A DNA stretch of 59,987 nt, the filler included. It is 4 parts of 4 records of this genome, joined end to end, with 100 filler letters (N's around TTAATTAATTAA, not from the genome) between each part and the next. Parts side by side here need not be neighbours in the genome. Positions count along the whole stretch, not along the records: positions 36,579 to 46,006 come from DRR378314_175; positions 46,107 to 59,987 come from DRR378314_176; 2 more parts are not named here. One strand, 5' to 3'. The position numbers and the translations under genes are program-made. This document shows positions 38,596 through 47,943 of the stretch, piece after piece (the stretch's first letter is position 1; every line of letters begins with the position of its first letter). The notes under the pieces are model-generated. The model worked only from the letters and a program-made list of their open reading frames with translations, was not told the origin of the DNA and searched no databases.

Positions 38596-39243
38596 TCAGG
38601 TGTCTTTTCCAAGCCCTTCCAGCAGCGGGACGAAGCGGACCGGGCGCAATTCATCATATTCCAGCCCATTTTCCATCTTACGCACACGAATGAGCGTTTG
38701 CACGGCATCAGATTGCCCAACCGGCACCACCATGATGCCGCCGACCTTCAATTGCGTCAGGAGCGGACCGGGCGGGTCTTCGGCAGCGGCGGTCACGATG
38801 ATTCGATCAAAGGGCGCCTGATCCGGCATGCCATGGCTGCCATCGCCGACCATCGAGGTGATATTGGCAAGCCCGAGCCGCTGGAACACCTGCCGCGCCT
38901 CCTGCACCAGCCGACCATGGCGATCCACGGTATAGACCCGGCGCGCAAGCTTGGCGAGCACGGCGGCCTGATAGCCTGACCCGGTGCCGACTTCGAGCAC
39001 GGTGTCGCGGGCGTTGACCTGCAGGGCCTGGGTCATCAACCCCACCACGGAGGGCTGAGAAATGGTCTGACCACAGGCGATCGGCAGTGGCACGTCTTCA
39101 TAGGCCCGTTCGGAAAAGAAGCCGCGCAGGAACAATCCGCGATCTATCGCTTCCATCGCTTCGAGCACCGTCGACTCCGTCACCCCGCGTGAGCGCAGGG
39201 CGAATAGAAACTGCATCTTGGTTTCAGCGTCCAGGCCACTCAT
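38596..39243 (-). CDS. pcm: Protein-L-isoaspartate O-methyltransferase
   Basis: [34 protein letters not shown]. Confidence 0.96.
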   Translation of the reverse strand: MSGLDAETKMQFLFALRSRGVTESTVLEAMEAIDRGLFLRGFFSERAYEDVPLPIACGQTISQPSVVGLMTQALQVNARDTVLEVGTGSGYQAAVLAKLARRVYTVDRHGRLVQEARQVFQRLGLANITSMVGDGSHGMPDQAPFDRIIVTAAAEDPPGPLLTQLKVGGIMVVPVGQSDAVQTLIRVRKMENGLEYDELRPVRFVPLLEGLGKDT

Positions 39244-40022
39244 TCGATCGCCTTCAGGGCCTCCAGCGTGTCATGCGCCGTAAGATCCGCCCGCATCGGT
39301 GTGACAGAGATGAAGCCCGCAAGGTTCGCCGCCGCATCGGTGCCGGGTGCGGTGCTGACCTGCTGGTCGCCGCCCTTGACCCAGATGAAGCGCTTTCCGT
39401 TGGGCGAGAACTGCTCTTGCGCCGAGAACCGCTTGCCCTCGCGGCAGCCCTGCGTGGTGACGCGCGTGCCTTTGACATCGGAGGCGGCAACCGGGGGGAA
39501 GTTGATGTTGTAGAACAGGCCGTAGGGCTGATCGTTTGCAGGCTGTGCAGCCAGCAGCTTGCGGACCACATCGGCACCATGCTGACGCGCGGCTTCGAAC
39601 GGGTTGTCCAGATCACGGTTCTCACTGCCGAAATACTGCGACAGCGCCATCGCAGGCACGCCTTGCAACGCGCCTTCCATGGCTCCGCCGAGGGTGCCGG
39701 AATACAGCGCGTTTTCAGCGGAGTTGTTGCCGCGGTTCACGCCCGACAGCACCAGATCGGGGCGATGGTCCTTCATGACCACATGCAGGGCCGCCAGTAC
39801 GCAGTCCGCTGGCGATCCTTCGGCGGCGAAACGGCGCGGGCCCAGTTCCGACAGGATGGAGGGATGCGTGTAGCTGATGCAATGGCCAACGCCGGATTGC
39901 TCGAAGGCGGGCGCGACGGTCCAGACCTCGCCGTCAGATCCGGCAAGATCGGCGGCGATCGCTTCCAGCACGGCCAGTCCGGGTGCGCTGATGCCGTCGT
40001 CGTTGGTGACCAGAATGCGCAT
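39240..40022 (-). CDS. surE: 5'/3'-nucleotidase SurE
   Basis: [28 protein letters not shown]. Confidence 0.97.
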   Translation of the reverse strand: MRILVTNDDGISAPGLAVLEAIAADLAGSDGEVWTVAPAFEQSGVGHCISYTHPSILSELGPRRFAAEGSPADCVLAALHVVMKDHRPDLVLSGVNRGNNSAENALYSGTLGGAMEGALQGVPAMALSQYFGSENRDLDNPFEAARQHGADVVRKLLAAQPANDQPYGLFYNINFPPVAASDVKGTRVTTQGCREGKRFSAQEQFSPNGKRFIWVKGGDQQVSTAPGTDAAANLAGFISVTPMRADLTAHDTLEALKAIE

Positions 40023-40203
40023 TGTGACCCCTTGCGTATATTTTGTATTTTCTGCGGCGTTTTTGTCCGTTTTGGGCTGCTCGCACAGCCCTTCGGGCTG
40101 GCCCCTGAATAGGCGGCAGGGGGCGGCAGGGCAAGGTTTTTGCCCGGATTTTCAGCTGGGGAAAGGGGACTGTGTGACCAAATCGCCCGTTTTGTCGCGA
40201 TCA

Positions 40204-40234
40204 GGGTGTGGGGCCGGGGCGCGGCCCCGCACCC
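40204..40234. repeat. REP-like palindrome
   Basis: GGGTGTGGGGCCG...CGGCCCCGCACCC. Confidence 0.5.
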
Positions 40235-40273
40235 CCAAATGTTCTGAGCCGGAAAATCCGACCCCCGGTGACC

Positions 40274-40921
40274 TCAGTCCGCGAGGATCTGCGGCAGCAG
40301 CTCCGCTGCAGCCTCCGTTGGCGAGGTCAGCGCATCACGATCTTCGCCGGGGAAGAACCGGGCGCGCAGGGCGGTTGGCATCGGCGGCGGTGTCAGCAGG
40401 CGCACGGAGGGGCCGGTGCGCGCCGTCTCCGCCTGCCAGCTGCGGGCAAGCGCGATCTGAGCCGCCTTGGTCGCGCCATAAGCGCCAAAGAACTTTTCGC
40501 CCGCGCGTGCATCGTCAAAGAACACGGCGCGACCGGATTGACCCAGAAGCGGGGCGATATAGGGGATCAGCACCGAAGGGGCGCTGGCATTGATGTCGAC
40601 CGATTTCTTCCAGTCCTTGGCCGCAACGTGATGCGCAGGGCTGAGAGGGGCGGCATGAATGGCGCTGTGGAGCCAGAGATCCAGCTTGCCCCAGCGATCA
40701 AAGATGCCACGACAGAGGGTCGCCATCGCCTCGGGCACGGTGATGTCCATCGGCGCAAGGGTGGCAGAGCCGCCAGACGCCTTGATGCGGTCGTCCAGCT
40801 CTTCGAGCGCGCCCGTGGTCCGGGCGACGGCAATGATGTGATGAGTGGGCGCAAGCGCCTCGGCCAGAGCGGCGCCGAGGCCCCGCGAGGCCCCGGTGAT
40901 AAGGGCGAGTTTTTCGGTCAT
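40274..40921 (-). CDS. SDR family oxidoreductase
   Basis: ITGASRGLG, YGATK, RARFFPGED. Confidence 0.93.
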   Translation of the reverse strand: MTEKLALITGASRGLGAALAEALAPTHHIIAVARTTGALEELDDRIKASGGSATLAPMDITVPEAMATLCRGIFDRWGKLDLWLHSAIHAAPLSPAHHVAAKDWKKSVDINASAPSVLIPYIAPLLGQSGRAVFFDDARAGEKFFGAYGATKAAQIALARSWQAETARTGPSVRLLTPPPMPTALRARFFPGEDRDALTSPTEAAAELLPQILAD

Positions 40922-41000
40922 GGGCGCCTACATGCTGCGCGGTTGCGCCGGGGTCAAGCCCCGCGACATCTGCGGGGGATCGCTGCGACGAGATGCGCAC

Positions 41001-41258
41001 TCAGTTGGTGAAGATCGGCAACCGTCCGACTTCGCCGCCGCGTTCGATCAGCAGCCCCTCGACATCAATGCCGACGATACGCCCGATCGGCAGCCGTTCA
41101 CCGGTCTTGACCGTTTTGATGCGACCGGAGGCCAGGCGCACCATGCCCTGCATGTCGTTTGGTGTCCCGAACAGGCCGATCAGAGAGAGGTTACGGTCGG
41201 GCAGCGCGTTCTTCTCGGTGGCGAGGGCTTCTGCGGTTGCAGTTTGAGAGTTGGCCAT
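41001..41258 (-). CDS. Small PilP-C-terminal-like protein
   Basis: LSLIGLFGT...MVRLASGRIKTVKTGERL..GRIVGI; GGAG RBS. Confidence 0.6.
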   Translation of the reverse strand: MANSQTATAEALATEKNALPDRNLSLIGLFGTPNDMQGMVRLASGRIKTVKTGERLPIGRIVGIDVEGLLIERGGEVGRLPIFTN

Positions 41259-41451
41259 GTCGGCTCCAGCACCCGTGCCCGGACCGGCGAACCGGTGACC
41301 GAACAGGCGGGAATGTCATATGTGAGTGGTGTGTCGCGTGAGTGTGCGGCGCTGGTATCAGCACCCATGGACCGGCGGAAGCGGGGGCAGGGGCGTCCCG
41401 GCGGTGCGCAGCCGACGCCAGGCGGCTCAATGCGCAGAACAACGCCTGTTC

Positions 41452-41994
41452 TCAGGCGTCATACACCAGAGAGGCAAGATCGTGCCCATAGGCGTGCAGG
41501 AAGACCAGCAGTTCTTCGAGATCGAGACCCAGCTCCTGCATCCGGGCGAGATCATGATTGACCTCGGACACCTGCAGCTCCGGATATTGCCCTTCGGGGC
41601 GCATGTGCAGCATGCAGGCCAGCGGGCCGCCGCTCTCGGGCGGGATCTGGTTCGACAGCCACGCGGGTTGGCTGCCCATGCTCTCGCCCTCGCGCAGCTC
41701 AAACAGGTCAAGATATTCGTCAAAGACGTCCTCGCTGACACCGGCCCAGGTGCCGAGGATGAACTCCTCGCCGCGCGAATCCGCCAGCGGAATGGCCAGC
41801 ACCGCACGCAGGAACCGCAGGCTTCCGAAGCGGCAAAAATCCTCGGTCAGCACATCGCCTTCTGAGACAAAGATGGCGGTGTTGTCCTGCACCTGCAGAT
41901 CCGCCGGCACGATGTCGGGCCGGTCGCAGGAGAGGCTGAGGAGCTGAGCAAAGGTCCCGCCGCAGCAGCGGCACTGACGCGAAGAACTCAGCAT
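41452..41994 (-). CDS. DUF2199 domain protein
   Basis: CRCCG N-terminus, DFC, FLRAVLAIP, WAGVS, WLSNQIP, HDLARMQ; start could be 42039. Confidence 0.75.
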   Translation of the reverse strand: MLSSSRQCRCCGGTFAQLLSLSCDRPDIVPADLQVQDNTAIFVSEGDVLTEDFCRFGSLRFLRAVLAIPLADSRGEEFILGTWAGVSEDVFDEYLDLFELREGESMGSQPAWLSNQIPPESGGPLACMLHMRPEGQYPELQVSEVNHDLARMQELGLDLEELLVFLHAYGHDLASLVYDA

Positions 41995-42190
41995 ACGGGC
42001 AAGATGCGCGTCCAAGAAGGCGCCCCTTTCGAAAATCAAATAGAGAAAGGCGCTGACCTGTGCGGGTCAGCGCCATTGGCGGTGTTTGCGCCGCTCCATT
42101 ACGCCTGTTGAGCGCAAAGTGCAATCGCTGAGCATGGGGCGCCACGCAGGCCGCAGGCCCTGTTTGCGCTATGACCCGCGATCTACCCGA

Positions 42191-43711
42191 TCAGCTGGCC
42201 AGCGTGGCGCCGTTCCAGGATTTGCCCGCATCGGGCATGTCCTTGATTTTCTTGCTGACGCGGCTGCTGCCCTCAAGCGTGTTCAGGTAGTCCTCGCTGA
42301 CTGATCCGGTGACATACTGACCGTCAAAGCAGGAGCAATCGAACTGCTCGATCTCTGAGTTGCCTTCCTTGGCGGCCCAGACCAGATCCTCAAGTTTCTG
42401 GTAGAACAGGGCGTCGGCGCCCAGTTCCTCGCGAATCTCCTCGAGGTTCAGCCCATTGGCAATCAGCTCGTGTTTCGTCGGCATGTCGATGCCATAGACA
42501 TTGGGGTGTTTCACCGGCGGCGAGGCGGACGCGATGTAGACCTTCTTGGCACCAGCCTCGCGGCACATCTGCACGATCTTCTTGATCGTGTTGCCGCGTA
42601 CGATCGAGTCATCGATCAGCAGGATATTGCGATCCTTCATCTCCAGCGGAATGGCGTTCAGCTTGCGCCGGACCGATTTTTGCCGCTCTTCCTGACCGGG
42701 CATGATGAAGGTCCGGCCGACGTAGCGGTTCTTCACCAGCGCCTCGCGGTAACGGATGCCGAGCGAGTTGGAGACCTCCAGCGCAACGGGGCGGGCACTG
42801 TCGGGCACCGGAATGACGGCGTCGATATCGAGACCGGAGTCGGCGATCTGCTTTGCCAGCGCTTCGCCCATGCGGATCTGTGTCTTGTAGACCGAAATCC
42901 CGTCGAGCATGGAATCGGGACGTGCCAGATAGACATATTCGAAAATACAGGGCGTCAGCTTGCCTTCGACCGCCTGGAACTCATGCTTGTTGCCCTCCAG
43001 ATCCACCAGAATCGCTTCGCCGGGTTTCAGGTCACGCAGTTTCTTGAACCCGTTGATGCCAAAAGCCACGTCTTCGGAGGCAAAGGCATAATCGTCCCCG
43101 TCGCCTTCTGCGTCGCGTTGGGCCACGGACAGCGGGCGGATGCCGTGCGGGTCGCGGAAGGCGAGCATGCCAACACCGGCAATCAGGCAGATCACCGAAT
43201 AGGCGCCCTGCACGCGCTCCATCGTCATCTTGACCCCGGCAAAGATGTTGCGGATCGGATCGGCGTTGCCGTTGACCTTGATCGCGTCGGCCACCTTGTC
43301 GGCCAGCACGTTCAGCAGGATCTCGGAGTCCGAGGTGGTGCGCAGGTGGCGGCTGTATTTGCCGGTGACCTTGGCGCGCTGTTGCTCGGTATTGGTGATA
43401 TTGCCGTTGTGCACCAGATAGATGCCATAAGGCGCGTTCACAAAGAACGGCTGGGCTTCGGCTGCAGAGAGCGACCCGGCAGTGGGGTAGCGCACATGGC
43501 CCATGCCAACACGACCCTGCAGGGTTTCGGCATCCTTTGCGCCGAACACATCCTTGACCAGACCGTTGGCTTTGCGTTCGCGGAAGAACCCGTCTCCGTA
43601 GGTGACGATGCCTGACGCATCCTGGCCACGGTGCTGAAGCATCAGCAACCCGTCATAGAGTTCCGCAAACACTTGTTCGGTTCTGCTTGCGATGCCCAAG
43701 ATACCGCACAT
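42191..43711 (-). CDS. purF: Amidophosphoribosyltransferase (E. coli-type)
   Basis: MCGILG, LQHRGQD, GHVRYPTAG, HNGN, CIFEYVY.ARPDS, IDDSIVRGNT, PNVYGIDMP. Confidence 0.97.
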   Translation of the reverse strand: MCGILGIASRTEQVFAELYDGLLMLQHRGQDASGIVTYGDGFFRERKANGLVKDVFGAKDAETLQGRVGMGHVRYPTAGSLSAAEAQPFFVNAPYGIYLVHNGNITNTEQQRAKVTGKYSRHLRTTSDSEILLNVLADKVADAIKVNGNADPIRNIFAGVKMTMERVQGAYSVICLIAGVGMLAFRDPHGIRPLSVAQRDAEGDGDDYAFASEDVAFGINGFKKLRDLKPGEAILVDLEGNKHEFQAVEGKLTPCIFEYVYLARPDSMLDGISVYKTQIRMGEALAKQIADSGLDIDAVIPVPDSARPVALEVSNSLGIRYREALVKNRYVGRTFIMPGQEERQKSVRRKLNAIPLEMKDRNILLIDDSIVRGNTIKKIVQMCREAGAKKVYIASASPPVKHPNVYGIDMPTKHELIANGLNLEEIREELGADALFYQKLEDLVWAAKEGNSEIEQFDCSCFDGQYVTGSVSEDYLNTLEGSSRVSKKIKDMPDAGKSWNGATLAS

Positions 43712-44155
43712 GGCGAGGCTCCAATATAATCGTTCGTTTTGCTTACAACCCGGAGGCTGTGGCGACAGAGGCCGCGACGGGAACGTCACAGGCCAGGACC
43801 GCGGTGCGATGCGCCGGATCATGATGTAGAAGGTTTCTCGTGAACGGGAAGGCGGAGCCAGTGGGGCGCAGCGCGGCGTTAACGCGGGCTGCACTGCGGC
43901 TGTTGGGTGCCAGAAGGGCAGATCCTGCAACACGCGAGGGGCGGCGCAGGTCAGCTGAGTACCGGGTCAACACAGCGGGTTTGGCTCCGAATCCTGTCGA
44001 ACAGTGACGGCCCTCACATAGGCTGTCTCGCGGGCAATGTCATCAAAGGATCACAAAGTCGCGCAGATCCGGGCAGGATTTCGGACCTGAGGCGGCCCTT
44101 GGCGCGTTGGCGCGCAATCAGGACGTGAAGGGAGGTGTCCGTGGCGGCTGTCCGA

Positions 44156-44881
44156 TCACGCGGCGTAGCGGCCAAACAGCAGGTCGATGGGATCAAAGGC
44201 GGGCAGCGGCGCCGCATCAAGACCGAGGAATGCGGCATCATCGCCGTCCTCGTCAGAGGTCACTTTGGCCGCGACCTCGCATGCGCTGTGATCTTCGCGA
44301 CCCGCAGCCACGATCTGGCGCGCCTCGGTGAACGACAGCAGGCTGTAGAACCCGTCGTCTTCTGGCTCTCCGGCGTTCAGCACCAGGCCACCTTCGGTCC
44401 ACAGCAGTTCTTCTTCGGCGCATCCGATGTGGATCCGGGCGAGGCGCTGGGGCAGGGCGGTGCTGATGCCATTGTGGCCGATCAGGGCCACCAGCTTCAC
44501 GGTCACAACCGGAAGGTCAAAGAGATCGAGAGCAAGATCGCCCGAAACCGCCACAACCGCATCGGAGGGCAGCTCAAGGGCTGCGTCATTGCCAAGCGCT
44601 CCGACTGGTACATGGACCATCGCGGTGAGGCGCGGCACGGAATGACGAATGGTCACCACCTCGCGCTGGCCGCCGTCAAAGGTTTGCACCATGTCACCGG
44701 GTCGCAGGGCACGGGCCTGTTTAAAGCCGCATTCGGTCTCGATCAGGGTGCCGGGCAGCACACCGCCCTGTTGTGGACGGGAGCGGGCGGCGGCCTGATC
44801 CTCTGCGTCGTGCAAACGCAGGTCCAGAAGCAGGTCAACCGGCTGATAGTCTGTAAACGCGGTGGTGTGATCCAGCAGCAT
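44156..44881 (-). CDS. Hint-domain (BIL-type) protein with degenerate catalytic residues
   Basis: LPGTLIETECG..ALRPGDMVQTFDGG, VPVGALGN, EELLWTEGG, YSLLSFTEAR; GAAGGGA RBS. Confidence 0.78.
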   Translation of the reverse strand: MLLDHTTAFTDYQPVDLLLDLRLHDAEDQAAARSRPQQGGVLPGTLIETECGFKQARALRPGDMVQTFDGGQREVVTIRHSVPRLTAMVHVPVGALGNDAALELPSDAVVAVSGDLALDLFDLPVVTVKLVALIGHNGISTALPQRLARIHIGCAEEELLWTEGGLVLNAGEPEDDGFYSLLSFTEARQIVAAGREDHSACEVAAKVTSDEDGDDAAFLGLDAAPLPAFDPIDLLFGRYAA

Positions 44882-45051
44882 GTCCAAATGTCCCTTCTGA
44901 GAGCGGCGAGGCTTTTTGCCTTCGTTGATCTCAATTGGCCCCCGAATTGGGACAAGAATGGGGCAGGCTTGGGACAGTTTCGGTACCGAAGCGGGTTTGA
45001 GGTGCGAAAAACACAGTCATTCCCAAAGGTTAACGGCCTGATTGGTGCAAA

Positions 45052-45066
45052 TTAAGGAGTTGTTAA
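45052..45066. promoter_or_regulatory. CtrA-like binding box
   Basis: TTAA-GGAGTTG-TTAA, plus a GTTAAC half-site at 45029-45034, upstream of the Hint gene. Confidence 0.55.
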
Positions 45067-45216
45067 GGATATTCGCAAGTTTTTCACACAGCCACGGCGG
45101 GACGCAGAATCGATTCTTCAAGGGGGAGCAATCGGGCAGTTTCTGCAAAATTCTGTGAATATCCGGGCTCGGGCCCGGGATCGCTCTGCGGATACGCGCT
45201 GGCATCGCGCCGCACG

Positions 45217-45248
45217 AAAAAGGGCGCCCGATGAGGGCGCCCCGTTTT
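45217..45248 (-). terminator. Terminator of cvpA
   Basis: AAAAA-GGGCGCCC-GATGA-GGGCGCCC-CGTTTT. Confidence 0.7.
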
Positions 45249-45269
45249 AATCTCGTATGTGTGTGACCG

Positions 45270-45824
45270 TCAGCCTTCGCAGGACGAGATCAGGTCTTCG
45301 TATTTCTGAGTAACCCAGCCAAGCGCTTGCTCGGGGTTCTGTTCCTCGACCTTGCCGATCACCTGGTTGAACACTGCGGCAGAGCGGCTCTCGTCGACCA
45401 TGGTAAAGCTCTGACCGGTCATCACCACGTTATAGACGAAGAAGGCGATCACCACGAGGAGGATGCCGCGCAGGACGCCAAAGAAGAACCCGGCCCCCTG
45501 ATCAAGCCCCCCCAGCGCCGAGCGCTGGATCAGACCCGCCAGCAGTGGCGTGAAGAAAGAGACGATGATCAATGCGATCGCGAAGACCGCAAAGAACGCC
45601 GCGATCAGCGACAATTCGCAACTGTCGGCGATGAACTCACCCACCACCGGGATCTCCGCCATGAGCGGTTCTGCCTGGGGGGCGAACATATAAGCCAGCA
45701 CACCTGCCGCAACCCATCCGATGATGGCCATGACTTCGCGTACAAAGCCGCGCGCATAGGCGAGTAGTGCCGAAACTACGATGACCAGCGCTACCGCGCC
45801 GTCGATAATGGTGAAACCTTCCAT
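45270..45824 (-). CDS. cvpA: CvpA family membrane protein
   Basis: MEGFTIID, RGFVRE, LDQGAGFFFGVLRG. Confidence 0.92.
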   Translation of the reverse strand: MEGFTIIDGAVALVIVVSALLAYARGFVREVMAIIGWVAAGVLAYMFAPQAEPLMAEIPVVGEFIADSCELSLIAAFFAVFAIALIIVSFFTPLLAGLIQRSALGGLDQGAGFFFGVLRGILLVVIAFFVYNVVMTGQSFTMVDESRSAAVFNQVIGKVEEQNPEQALGWVTQKYEDLISSCEG

Positions 45825-45867
45825 GTCCCTCGCCTGTTTGCCCGCGAAAAATACCTTGAGTGGCCTT

Positions 45868-46006
45868 TTAGCCTGCTCCGAAATATTCGCCAACAAATCC
45901 TGTGAGGTCAGAGGCCGGGCGCAGGGTCAGGCCGGGGACGGATACGGATTTGCCGCCACTCGGAGCGATCGACGCCGTGAAACCAAGTTTTTGCGCTTCT
46001 TTCAAC
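45868..46006 (-). CDS. radA: DNA repair protein RadA, 3' end (not in ORF track)
   Basis: Manual translation LKEAQKLGFTASIAP...FVGEYFGAG*; radA-cvpA synteny. Confidence 0.85.
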
Positions 46007-46106
46007 NNNNNNNNNNNNNNNNNNNNNNNNNNNNNNNNNNNNNNNNNNNNTTAATTAATTAANNNNNNNNNNNNNNNNNNNNNNNNNNNNNNNNNNNNNN
46101 NNNNNN
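46007..46106. other. Artificial contig linker
   Basis: N44-TTAATTAATTAA-N44. Confidence 0.99.
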
Positions 46107-46153
46107 AACTCCCGCAGGATATAGGGCCAAAAAGAGAACCAAGGAGACGTACC

Positions 46154-47932
46154 ATGTGGAAAGTTCTGAGTGTTTTATCGGTTGTTCTTGCGAGCGCGGC
46201 AGGGGCACAGCAGGCCGCTGATGCGGTAGAGCCTGAATCGGGCGGTGCAGGTGCATTTGAAGGCTTGCCCGAAGCGGTTGCTGCGGCATTGGCCGCGAAA
46301 CAGGCCGGTGTGCCGGTTGTGGCAACGGATTGGATGGTGGCCGCGGCCAATCCACATGCGGTAAAGGCCGGTGCGGATGTTCTGGCCGCGGGAGGCACTG
46401 CGGCGGATGCTTTGGTCGCGGTGCAGGTTGTCCTGGGGTTGGTTGAGCCGCAGTCCTCAGGGCTTGGCGGCGGGGCGTTTCTGGTTTGGTATGATGCGGC
46501 CACGGGGGAGGTGACAACGCTGGACGGGCGCGAAACCGCACCTTTGGCCGTCACGCCACGTCTGTTTCAGGACGAGGCAGGTGAGCCGTTGAAGTTTTTT
46601 GATGCGGTTGTGGGCGGGCGTTCGGTCGGGACACCAGGCACGCCGGCGCTATTGGCCGAGGTGCATCAGCGTTGGGGCACGCAGGATTGGGCCACGCTTT
46701 TGCAGCCGGGCATTGATATGGCCGAGGACGGATTTACCGTGTCACCCCGATTGGCCAAGCTGGTTGCCGGTGATGCGGAAAGACTGGCAAGCTCCGCTGT
46801 GACATCAGCCTATTTTATGCCAGAGGGTGTGGCGATTGCGGCGGGGGATACCTTGACGAATGCAGCCTATGCCGAGACCCTGCGCCGCTTTGCCGCTGAG
46901 GGGGCGGGGGCGTTTTACGGTGGGCAGATCGGGCGCGATATTGTGGCAACGGTACAGGGCGCACCGGGCAATCCGGGTGTTCTGGCCGAGGTGGATCTGG
47001 CGATTTATCAGGTCAAGGAACGGCCAGCAGTCTGTGCCCCCTATCGCGCTCATGAGGTCTGCGGCATGGGGCCGCCGTCTTCTGGTGCGGTGGCTGTGGG
47101 ACAGATTTTGGGTGCCTTGGAAGGCTATGACCTGAGCGCGGGGCCGCAGGATCTGACCGTGCGCCGGTTGATGGGGGATGCGGCGCGCCTGGCCTTTGCG
47201 GATCGCGGGCGCTATCTGGCGGATAGTGATTATGTGCCGGTGCCGGTGACAGGGTTGCTGGACCCAGCTTATCTGGCAGAGCGTGCGAAGCTGCTGGACA
47301 GCGAGATGGCGCTGGAAGAGGTGAGTGCAGGGGAGCCGGCCTGGGATCATGCGCTGCGCTGGGCGGATGACGAGAGCCTCGAATTGCCCTCGACCTCGCA
47401 TATTTCCATTGTCGATAAGGCTGGCAATGTGGCCAGCATGACCACGACCATCGAAAACGGTTTCGGCAGTCGCCTGATGGTCGGCGGCTTTCTGTTGAAC
47501 AATGAGCTGACGGATTTCTCGTTCCGCTCGCATAAAGACGGCGTACCGATTGCCAACCGGATTGAACCGGGCAAACGGCCACGGTCCTCCATGGCACCGA
47601 CCATTGTGATGCAGGACGGCAAGCCGGTGATGGCCGTAGGTTCGCCCGGCGGATCAAGGATCATCGGCTATGTGGCACAGACCATTGTCGCGGTGATCGA
47701 CTGGGGCATGGATGTGCAACAGGCGGTCAGCGTGCCCCATGCGGTGAACCGGTTTGGCACCTATGACCTAGAGGAAGCAACCGCATCGGTGGCGCTGACC
47801 GACGGGTTGACGGAAATGGGATATAAGGTGGGCGCACGGGGTTTGACCAGTGGTCTGCATGTGATTGCGATTGGCGATGGTTTGCAGGGTGGCGCAGATC
47901 CGCGCCGCGAAGGGATCGCCTTCGGGCAATAA
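46154..47932 (+). CDS. ggt: Gamma-glutamyltransferase
   Basis: Signal peptide, EPQSSGLGGG, DGRETAP, STSHISIVD, LNNELTDF, PRSSM, GSPGG, GADPRR. Confidence 0.96.
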   Translation: MWKVLSVLSVVLASAAGAQQAADAVEPESGGAGAFEGLPEAVAAALAAKQAGVPVVATDWMVAAANPHAVKAGADVLAAGGTAADALVAVQVVLGLVEPQSSGLGGGAFLVWYDAATGEVTTLDGRETAPLAVTPRLFQDEAGEPLKFFDAVVGGRSVGTPGTPALLAEVHQRWGTQDWATLLQPGIDMAEDGFTVSPRLAKLVAGDAERLASSAVTSAYFMPEGVAIAAGDTLTNAAYAETLRRFAAEGAGAFYGGQIGRDIVATVQGAPGNPGVLAEVDLAIYQVKERPAVCAPYRAHEVCGMGPPSSGAVAVGQILGALEGYDLSAGPQDLTVRRLMGDAARLAFADRGRYLADSDYVPVPVTGLLDPAYLAERAKLLDSEMALEEVSAGEPAWDHALRWADDESLELPSTSHISIVDKAGNVASMTTTIENGFGSRLMVGGFLLNNELTDFSFRSHKDGVPIANRIEPGKRPRSSMAPTIVMQDGKPVMAVGSPGGSRIIGYVAQTIVAVIDWGMDVQQAVSVPHAVNRFGTYDLEEATASVALTDGLTEMGYKVGARGLTSGLHVIAIGDGLQGGADPRREGIAFGQ

Positions 47933-47943
47933 GGAGAGACGGT

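Noticed and set aside
43712..44155. ZTP or purine riboswitch, or N-terminal extension, upstream of purF
   Set aside because: No recognisable riboswitch core; PurF needs Cys at the N-terminus, so the extension to 43933 is spurious
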